DNA of 64,000 nt, taken from positions 371,613 to 435,612 of the forward strand of contig CAXXMV010000003.1 in NCBI GenBank assembly GCA_963662285.2, read 5' to 3'. Positions 1-7,848 of this stretch are shown one piece after another (position 1 is the first letter of the stretch; every line of letters begins with the position of its first letter). A program made the position numbers and the translations under genes. The notes under the pieces are model-generated. The model was not told the origin of the DNA, searched no databases, and was given only the letters and a program-made list of their open reading frames with translations. The stretch is from a bacterium (GTDB taxonomy: Bacteria > Hinthialibacterota > Hinthialibacteria > Hinthialibacterales > Hinthialibacteraceae).

Positions 1-1231
1 TCAGTTCCCAACCGCCAGCGCCATAGGTCTCGCATAATTTTCTGACGCGACCGAACTGGTTGGCGATGCTGGAAATTTCTTTGCTAGCCCGATAGTTGCC
101 GAATTGGGCTCCGGGGCCTTCGCTGTATTGATTCATCAGACAATCGATGCCGGGCCAGTGCTGCCATGAGTTGTAACTCATTACGTCTGGATTATGAGAA
201 GCGTTGGGCCATCCATGTTCCCAGATATGTCCTGTGGTTGGTAGGCCGCGTTTTTCGCAGGCTTCATAATAGGGTTTGGCGAAGTTATTCATGAACAAAT
301 CTAGGATAGTAACCGCATAGTCATGGCGGATTTTCCGCCAGTCGCCTAAATCGGCGTGAATCGAGGGCAGGTGATCCAGAATATCGTATCCCCAGCGTTT
401 TTCAAATGCTTTGGCCAATACGGGAGACCAACAACCAGCCACTTGGGGTTCATCGGTGAAACAGGCTAAAACCTGGTTTCCATATAAATCAGAAAGGGCT
501 GAATCATAAGCGCCTAAGGTAACCTTGATAAACTCATCGGCCACTTTAGGATTCATCAAATCAACGTAAGTCCGGTTGCCGTACCAGGGCGCGTTTTGTG
601 AAAAACGAATGTCGTATTGAATATAAGAGCCGGATTTAAGCCCTAAATCTTTAGCGGATTTTTCGCCTTGAGTTATTTCCGGCAACGCAACCCGCTCATA
701 TTCGCCGTTCTGCTCATCGACAATCCGGTACAAGCCTTCGGTATTAGCGCTTACACTGATTTGATCCATCTGGTCGGCGGAATATTGTTTACGGTTTAAT
801 GACGCCTGTTGTACATTGGGTAAATTTTCCGGTACATGGCCGCCAGCAAAGCCTGAGGGGTAACTGTTCTCATCATAAATATAGGTTACCATACCTCTTT
901 TTTTAGACTCATCCGCCGTAAAGCGCCACATTTCAAGCCAACGCTCAGATAGATAAGGCGTAATCAAACCGGGGCGGGGATGTACGAACACGCCGCCATA
1001 ACCTTGCGCCTTGAATTCATCTAACTGCGAGGCGAGTTCTTCTTCCTGCATGTCATCATTCCAGACGTACAAAGGCGCTGGACGATAGGCCGCTGGAGGA
1101 TCCATGAAATGCTCGCCAACATCGTTGATCTTGCTGATGCGCAATTCTGCAGGATTCTCTGCGCTGAATCCAATACCCGAAACGAAGAAAAGCATAATGA
1201 ACAATAAACAACTTCTCCTACCAAATTTCAT
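1..1231 (-). CDS. Secreted glycoside hydrolase, GH106 (alpha-L-rhamnosidase)-like, truncated by the window edge
   Basis: Not in the ORF track; translated by hand from ATG 1231 (GAGG RBS upstream): signal peptide, then FMDPPAAYRPAPLYVWN...QGYGGVFVHPRPGLITPYLS...YIYDENSYPSGFAGGHV, typical of the GH106 N-terminus. Confidence 0.75.
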   Translation of the reverse strand, partial: MKFGRRSCLLFIMLFFVSGIGFSAENPAELRISKINDVGEHFMDPPAAYRPAPLYVWNDDMQEEELASQLDEFKAQGYGGVFVHPRPGLITPYLSERWLEMWRFTADESKKRGMVTYIYDENSYPSGFAGGHVPENLPNVQQASLNRKQYSADQMDQISVSANTEGLYRIVDEQNGEYERVALPEITQGEKSAKDLGLKSGSYIQYDIRFSQNAPWYGNRTYVDLMNPKVADEFIKVTLGAYDSALSDLYGNQVLACFTDEPQVAGCWSPVLAKAFEKRWGYDILDHLPSIHADLGDWRKIRHDYAVTILDLFMNNFAKPYYEACEKRGLPTTGHIWEHGWPNASHNPDVMSYNSWQHWPGIDCLMNQYSEGPGAQFGNYRASKEISSIANQFGRVRKLCETYGAGGWEL

Positions 1232-1316
1232 AATATTTACCTCATCTATATTTGTAACAGTTAAGCCGTACAAAGCCACGATATGGCGCTTCAATTGGCA
1301 ATACTATTACTTTTAT

Positions 1317-2462
1317 TTAATAAGCCCGGTATTTTTTAGCTGCATCCCATAATGCAATTATATTTTCCATCGGTACATCGGCCTGAGTATTGTGAACTGT
1401 GTTGAAGACGTATCCACCTCCAGGTTTGAATATTTCCATCAGCTGTTTGACCTGCTCATCAACCTCTTGCGGCGTTCCACGGCTGAAAACTTTTTGCGAA
1501 TCAATGCCGCCTCCCCAGAAGACTAACTCTTTGCCATACTTCTCTTTCAGTGCAGCCGGATCCATATCAGTAGCGTTGATCTGAACTGGATTCAAAATAT
1601 CTATCCCGTTATCGATTAAATCAGGGATTAATTTATTGAGCGAGCCGCATGAGTGATACCACAGTTTAGCACCGGTTTTTTTATGGATGAAATCATATAA
1701 CGCCTTGTGATATGGTTTTACCAGTTTTTGATATAACTTAGGAGAAAATAATGGTCCGGTCTGCATGGCCAGATCATCGCCCACGCTGAGAATATGCAGG
1801 CATCCGCCGACTTCATCTAAAAAAACATCCAGGTAATCAGTCCAATATTGCAGGGTATGTTCGAGCAGTTTTTCTACATATTTCGGTTGTTCGATCATAT
1901 CCATGTAAAGGTTCTCGAATCCACGCATATACCAGCATATCTCAAAAACAACGCCGGTTATGCCGCTGATCAAGGCGTAATCGGTCTCTTCGGTTAATCT
2001 TTTTGTGTATTCCCGCAGACCTTTGAATGGCGCAGGATCTTTGCCATCAGGCCATTCATAGTGATCCAAATCTTCATAAGACATATTTGCGAGGGGATGA
2101 TGGATTATATCGCAATAAAAACCTTCTCCCGGCTTTTGCCCCGGCATGGCCCAGGTTACGCCGAAACCATCAGTAATTCCCCAATATCCTTTTTTGACTT
2201 CTGTAAGTTCCGGGGTAGGGCAGAACATCCCCGGACGGATGTACCGCGTATCAATATCTAATAGTTCAAGCACCTTTTCACTGGGCGCCGCCAGTTGCTG
2301 AACTATATCCATAATCTGGATATCTTCATCCAGACCGTAATGATCCAGAATTTTCTGATATGCTATGTGATGGATTCCGGTTTGGTTGCCTCCCATATCC
2401 AGAGGAACTTTATCGGAAATCTTATGATTAAGCGCAGCAATCATGCGTTCTCGTGAATTCAT
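1317..2462 (-). CDS. Uroporphyrinogen decarboxylase family protein (MtaA/CmuA-like methyltransferase)
   Basis: MNSRER start, GDDLA, YHSCG, LNPVQ, FWGGGIDSQ and GGYVFNTVHN motifs. Confidence 0.85.
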   Translation of the reverse strand: MNSRERMIAALNHKISDKVPLDMGGNQTGIHHIAYQKILDHYGLDEDIQIMDIVQQLAAPSEKVLELLDIDTRYIRPGMFCPTPELTEVKKGYWGITDGFGVTWAMPGQKPGEGFYCDIIHHPLANMSYEDLDHYEWPDGKDPAPFKGLREYTKRLTEETDYALISGITGVVFEICWYMRGFENLYMDMIEQPKYVEKLLEHTLQYWTDYLDVFLDEVGGCLHILSVGDDLAMQTGPLFSPKLYQKLVKPYHKALYDFIHKKTGAKLWYHSCGSLNKLIPDLIDNGIDILNPVQINATDMDPAALKEKYGKELVFWGGGIDSQKVFSRGTPQEVDEQVKQLMEIFKPGGGYVFNTVHNTQADVPMENIIALWDAAKKYRAY

Positions 2463-2617
2463 TTGATATCCTTAATAATTTCTGAGATATTGAGATTATC
2501 TCAGAAAATGATGTTATAGGTCAATGGATAGAGATGAAGAGAACTATACGAAATCTATTACATCTGATTTAATTACATAAGCAGCGCAAACTAAAACATG
2601 AGGCTAACAGATATTTT

Positions 2618-4204
2618 ATGTACATCTTCAAAAAAATTAGAGACTTTTATCATACCGGTGAGGATCAACCCTTACTAACTGATTCAGCAGAGACCACCAG
2701 GGTCTATGAGAAGAAAAGGCGCAGTATTTTTATCGCCCTGGTTTTTGGATACAGTTTTTACTATGTGTGCCGCTTGAGCATTTCGGTAGTCAAACAGCCC
2801 ATGTTTGACGCCGGCATCCTTACCCCTGAGCAGATGGGCAAGATTGGCTTCGCCCTGTTTATCGTTTATGCTTTCGGAAAATGCATCAACGGTTTCATAG
2901 CGGATCACAGTAATATCCGAAAATTCCTATCAACCGGATTGCTGCTTTCAGCCCTGCTCAATCTGGCCTTTGGTTTTACCACTTCATTCGTATGCTTCGT
3001 TTTAATCTGGGGATTGAACGGTTGGTTCCAATCGATGGGATGCGCCCCGTGCGTGGTCTCCATGTCGCAATGGTTCAGCAACCGGGAGCGGGGAACCCGT
3101 TATGGTTTGTGGAGTGCGGCGCATAGCATCGGTGAAGGATTATCCTTTATATGTACGGCGGTGTTGGTATCTTATTTCGGTTGGCGCTGGGGATTCTGGG
3201 GAGCGGGTGGAATTTCTATTATTGCTGTAATACTTATGTATTTCATGACTGCTGACCGTCCGCAAACTTATGGTCTGCCAAACATATCCGATTATAAAAA
3301 CGACCATTCACAGGAAAAAGAAGATAAACCCCTACCCATAAAAGAGGCTCAGCTGGAAGTGTTGAAGAACCCCTACGTTTGGATACTTGGCATCAGCAGC
3401 GCATTCATGTATGTGGCGCGTTACGGCGTTAACGGCTGGGGCGTTCCCTATTTGCAATCAGCCAAGGATTACTCGCTGATCTCCGCCGCTTTTATACTGG
3501 GCTGGGCCAAGATGATCGAGACATGCGGCGCCGTCAGTTCAGGATTCGTCTCTGACTACTTATTTAAGTCGCGGCGTAATGTTGTCACTTTGACCTATGG
3601 TTTGATTGAAATATCTGGATTGGTGATCCTGTTGATGGCGCCTTCCACCCTGTTATTTACTCTGGATCAATCATATAACCAGTATTTGCAAGAGGGCGCC
3701 ATAGCGGAAGAACTGAGCTCGGCCTTCTCTGAAAATCAAATTGAACTGCCGCCGAATATCAGCCTCGATTCATTCGTTTTAAAAGAGACTACAACCTGGG
3801 TAGCCCATAGCGATAAGTGGTATCAGTGGTTGCAGAACTACTGCATCGAAGATGACGGAACGCAATTGAAGATATGCTCCCGTTATCATCCATTGCATAT
3901 ACTGGGCATATCTTTATTCGGCTTTGGTTTGGGAGGATTGCTGGTATTTTTAGGCGGCTTGATCGCCGTCGATATCTGCTCGAAACGGGCTACCGGCGCC
4001 GCTATGGGAATAGTGGGCATGTTCAGTTACCTGGGCGCCGCTATTCAAGACTGGGTAAGCGGTAGTTTAGTGGGCATGACTGCGGTCACGGTTGGAGATA
4101 AGGACGTCTATAGTTATGAATACGCCTTTTACTTCTGGCTGGCTTCAGCAACGATCGCTGTAGCGCTTTCTTCGACTTTGTGGAATGTGAAAGCTAAGAC
4201 TTGA
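2618..4204 (+). CDS. MFS transporter, organophosphate:Pi antiporter (GlpT/UhpC) family
   Basis: YSFYYVCR, LNGWFQSMG, QWFSNRERG and GAAMGIVGMFSYLG motifs; about 12 hydrophobic segments. Confidence 0.85.
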   Translation: MYIFKKIRDFYHTGEDQPLLTDSAETTRVYEKKRRSIFIALVFGYSFYYVCRLSISVVKQPMFDAGILTPEQMGKIGFALFIVYAFGKCINGFIADHSNIRKFLSTGLLLSALLNLAFGFTTSFVCFVLIWGLNGWFQSMGCAPCVVSMSQWFSNRERGTRYGLWSAAHSIGEGLSFICTAVLVSYFGWRWGFWGAGGISIIAVILMYFMTADRPQTYGLPNISDYKNDHSQEKEDKPLPIKEAQLEVLKNPYVWILGISSAFMYVARYGVNGWGVPYLQSAKDYSLISAAFILGWAKMIETCGAVSSGFVSDYLFKSRRNVVTLTYGLIEISGLVILLMAPSTLLFTLDQSYNQYLQEGAIAEELSSAFSENQIELPPNISLDSFVLKETTTWVAHSDKWYQWLQNYCIEDDGTQLKICSRYHPLHILGISLFGFGLGGLLVFLGGLIAVDICSKRATGAAMGIVGMFSYLGAAIQDWVSGSLVGMTAVTVGDKDVYSYEYAFYFWLASATIAVALSSTLWNVKAKT

Positions 4205-4261
4205 TTCTTTCCTTCTCCCGGGGTCTGTACACATTGTTGTGTGATAGTGGGTAGTGGATAG

Positions 4262-4626
4262 TGGGGAGCATCGGCTTCTAGCCGGTGTGTCAATCCCTTT
4301 TTAACCGGAGTGGTTATATTGACGAATAACTTTTCAAGCGCTTGGGTTATGCATCCCTCTCCCAAGATTGGGAGAGGCTAGGTGAGGGTTGATAATAGGC
4401 GCTCTCGCAAATAAATCTCCATTATAGTTATTTCACTTTCCTGGTGATTTGGAGAAATTAATAAGATAAACTTTTCTGACTTATCGAATGATATCCAAGG
4501 TTTGGAATTACTAATGTCGTCAGGAGGATATTGTATGTGAGGAAGGATTCTACGAGACATTCGGAATTGGTTAGGCTGGTTTATAGGTTTATTTGACGCA
4601 CACCGGCTGGAAGCCGATGCTCCCCA
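4262..4626. mobile_element. REP-bounded non-autonomous element (REPIN/MITE-like) with ~32 bp terminal inverted repeats
   Basis: TGGGGAGCATCGGCTTCTAGCCGGTGTGTCAA (4262-4293) and its near-perfect reverse complement (4593-4626); third copy at 41119-41152. Confidence 0.65.
4355..4395 (+). repeat. REP-like palindrome family A (CCTCTCCCAAGATTGGGAGAGG...GAGGGTTGAT)
   Basis: Near-identical copies at 17305-17348, 20153-20197 and 22481-22523. Confidence 0.8.
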
Positions 4627-4771
4627 GTCTATGATGCTCCCCAGTCTATGATATTACCCGTTTCATTCTCATCTCCTGATCTTTGTATGGAGATTAGCCC
4701 GGCGGGATAGGGAACTTAGTTGACCGAAATTTATGGTTGGTAAGAGGACTAATGATATAAAGGAACTGATA

Positions 4772-5647
4772 ATGACAAACTGTGATATTTTAGTAATAGG
4801 ACATGTATCCAAGGATATAATTATTACCCCGACGGATGAGGCGTCCCTGCTGGGCGGCGCGGTTATCTACGCCGCTATCAACTTACAAAAACTAGGCGCC
4901 AAGGTTATTGCGCTGACCAAAGTTAATAACAGCGAAACTCATTTATTGGATGTTTTCAAGCAGCATGGAGTCCCTATCCATTGCAGCGATACAGCCCAGA
5001 CTACCTCGATACGCAATACCTACCACACCGCTGACCGCGAAAGAAGAACCTGTCAGGCCATAGCCGTAGGCGATCCTTTCACCCTGCAAGACATCCCTGC
5101 TGACATTGAACCGGATTGCTTTTACTTCGGCGGCCTCATCAAAGGCGAGTTCAGCGAAGAATTGGTGATTGCCTTGTCGAAGAAAGGTAAGACGGCGGTC
5201 GACGCTCAAGCCTGGCTGCGAGCCAATGATAACGGCGAGTTGGTCTTTACCGATTGGGATAAAAAGCGCGAAACCATTCCCCATTGCCACTATTTCAAGA
5301 CCGACGCAGCAGAGGCTGAAATCATAACCGGCATCAGCGATAGGGTGGCAGCTGCCAAAAAGATCAATGAATGGGGCGCCAGGGAAGTTATGCTAACCCA
5401 TAACAGCGAGGTCATGATCTGCGCTGAAGGCAAAATCATCACATATCCATTCACCAGCCAAAAATTGGATGGCCGCACCGGACGGGGCGATACATGCTTC
5501 TCCACCTATTGCTATTGGCGTATGAAACACTCACCGGAAGAATCATGCTTATGGGCGGCGGCTCTAACCTCACTTAAGATGGAGACTCCAGGGCCGTTCA
5601 CCGGATCGATTGAAGATGTGCAGAATATTATTAAAGAACGATATTAG
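4772..5647 (+). CDS. PfkB-family carbohydrate kinase
   Basis: VIGHVSKD, GGAVIYA and DGRTGRGDTCF (PfkB signature); likely start ATG 4772 after AAGGA. Confidence 0.85.
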   Translation: MTNCDILVIGHVSKDIIITPTDEASLLGGAVIYAAINLQKLGAKVIALTKVNNSETHLLDVFKQHGVPIHCSDTAQTTSIRNTYHTADRERRTCQAIAVGDPFTLQDIPADIEPDCFYFGGLIKGEFSEELVIALSKKGKTAVDAQAWLRANDNGELVFTDWDKKRETIPHCHYFKTDAAEAEIITGISDRVAAAKKINEWGAREVMLTHNSEVMICAEGKIITYPFTSQKLDGRTGRGDTCFSTYCYWRMKHSPEESCLWAAALTSLKMETPGPFTGSIEDVQNIIKERY

Positions 5648-5679
5648 ACTAAACAATCCTGTTGAGGAGGAAATGAGTT

Positions 5680-6468
5680 ATGCGCGTACACCGACGTTCT
5701 TTTTTTCAATTAGCAAGTTTGGGCGCCTTATCTTCTGTAGTTCCTAAAACGTCACATTCCGGAGTGGGCGCAACTGCAATAGCAGATAAGACATCCTATA
5801 TGAGGCGCGTTACATCCGCGCTTAAACAACAATGGCCCAATAACCGTCTGATCAATATTGTATGTCATGGACATAGCGTGCCCGCCGGATTTTTCAAGAC
5901 TCCGGTGGTTGACACTTTCAACGCCTATCCCCATCTGCTGCACCGCGCAATTAAGAACGTCTATCCCTATTGCGTCAGTAATGTGATTGTCACCGCAATC
6001 GGCGGCGAGAATTCACAGAGCGGTGCGTCACGATTCGAAAGCCAGGTGTTATGCCACCTTCCTGATGTGGTTACTATCGATTACGCATTGAATGACCGGG
6101 GCATAGGTCTTGCAGCAGCCAGAACAGCATGGGTATCCATGATAGAGAAGGCGAAAACCGTCAGAGGATTAAGCGTCATTCTTCTAACGCCCACGCCTGA
6201 CGAAGCGCATATCCCCGATGATCCCAACGAACCCATAAATCAACATGCCGCGCAAATCCGCTCATTGGCCGAAGAATTTGAAGTGGGATTAGTGGATAGC
6301 CTAGCTGGATTTGATCTGATCCAAAAAGAGACGGGCGATGTAACGGCTCTGCTTTCGCAGATTAATCACCCCAACCGTAAGGGACATGATATTGTAGCCA
6401 AGGAATTATTCAGCTGGTTTTCTGATGAACCTTATCAAGCAGCGATTGATGATTGGGATGTTCATTAA
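5680..6468 (+). CDS. SGNH/GDSL hydrolase with Tat signal peptide
   Basis: RRSFFQ twin-arginine motif; GHSV block I, GGENS, YALND and NHPN motifs. Confidence 0.8.
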   Translation: MRVHRRSFFQLASLGALSSVVPKTSHSGVGATAIADKTSYMRRVTSALKQQWPNNRLINIVCHGHSVPAGFFKTPVVDTFNAYPHLLHRAIKNVYPYCVSNVIVTAIGGENSQSGASRFESQVLCHLPDVVTIDYALNDRGIGLAAARTAWVSMIEKAKTVRGLSVILLTPTPDEAHIPDDPNEPINQHAAQIRSLAEEFEVGLVDSLAGFDLIQKETGDVTALLSQINHPNRKGHDIVAKELFSWFSDEPYQAAIDDWDVH

Positions 6469-6659
6469 TCATCATTTTTATATACTGATGACCATTGTTT
6501 ATCCTGGATACATAGACTTTTGAGTGCAAATAAACAATATGTAGCATAATATTTTGTTTATGCTAATCTCAAGTTACTTTCATATCGTATCTATAGTGAA
6601 TTAGACATGATAGATAGGTAAATGATGTAAAGGTTTTTGAAGTGCGCCGGAATGGCTGT

Positions 6660-6833
6660 AATTGACAATGCTCACTAAATGCTTCTGCTTTTCTGTTAAT
6701 AAGTCCGGTTCTTCTTATGAAAAATCAAAAAGATACCCTATAATTCTTCCTCTTATTTGCGATAGTAATTTCACAAAGTCTTTCCTTTCTATTTGTTTCT
6801 GCTTGCTTTACGATAGATTAGTAAGGGCTTCTC
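6660..6833 (-). pseudogene. Decayed 5' fragment of an IS transposase (IS1182/IS5-like)
   Basis: GTG 6774 reads VKLLSQIRGRIIGYLFDFS*EEPDLLTEKQKHLVSIV with one in-frame stop; resembles, from recall, the LSQxWxxIQxxLFPxLEEExxxLTEKQxxLVSIL N-terminus of such transposases; AAGGA RBS present. Confidence 0.4.
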
Positions 6834-7240
6834 TTCAATTTAAACAAGCAAAATTTTTTTAAAAACTGCCTTTTTTGTATTTTGCAAGAGGCTAATGAGT
6901 TTGAAAAGTTGAGAAATATTTAAACTCAAGATAAAATCTATGTTCCTTTTCCAATACTTACTTATAGTTGATAAATTTAGTATAGTTTGATTAAAAAGCA
7001 ATGCGCTTTCAGTAAAATAGCAAGATAATAACAAAAATACAACTACGCAGGGTGTTTGTTTAAATTATATTTCATAATGATTATTATTATATAAAATTAT
7101 TTTTGAATATTTAAAAATAATGTTGCAAATACCACGACTGCCCTTACATAAATTTTATTCAATAATTAAATATATCTATAATTGCATCTAGTGTCTAAAT
7201 AAAACACTATTGAGTGCTACTAAAAATCAGGAGGAATGCA

Positions 7241-7471
7241 ATGAGTGAAAAACCGGTTTATGAATTTACTGTAGAGGATGCTGTGTCCGGGATTACGATT
7301 AGTCCCAGTGAAGGTTCAATTTCATTGAATATGCCAAATGGTCAGAGAAACGACATCCCTCTCTTTAACGGAGATAAAACAAAAAAACCTGGGATGCTCT
7401 GGATCGCTTTGCAATTCGATGAAAAGAATATTAACCAGTTGGACGTATCATTTGATAATCAAGTATTATAG
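7241..7471 (+). CDS. Small hypothetical protein
   Basis: AGGAGG RBS then ATG (MSEKPVYEF...), 76 aa. Confidence 0.6.
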   Translation: MSEKPVYEFTVEDAVSGITISPSEGSISLNMPNGQRNDIPLFNGDKTKKPGMLWIALQFDEKNINQLDVSFDNQVL

Positions 7472-7577
7472 TAATATTTTGGTTCGTTATCTTTCGTCAT
7501 TTGAGGGATGGTTTTTTGAATGGCTAGATCATAAATAGATAAATCAATTAGCCATTTTTGCTGTTCTTTATCTTTGT

Positions 7578-7638
7578 GACTAACGATACGGATCAGGCGC
7601 GGCTTTTTTTGCCGTCGCCTGCATCCGGAATTTTATTT
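7578..7638 (+). other. Degenerate integron attC-like site
   Basis: CTAAC-N5-GGATCAGGCG...CGCCTGCATCC-N5-TTTA hairpin with an extra base in the right arm; the right-hand GTT core is mutated. Confidence 0.45.
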
Positions 7639-7848
7639 TTTGATTATACGTAAAACTTGATTACACTCTCGCCCCTCTCCAGATTACCAAGTTATTATTG
7701 AACTTTTAATTACTCTTGTGTTGCTTGCTTAATCAATATGCTTTATCCCATGGTGTAAGCAGGATAATCATAAAAAATACCTATTTACAATTGTTATCGT
7801 CAATATAAGTAGACGTTTTAAGAGTGTTCTCTGTTTTTAGAGAATCCC

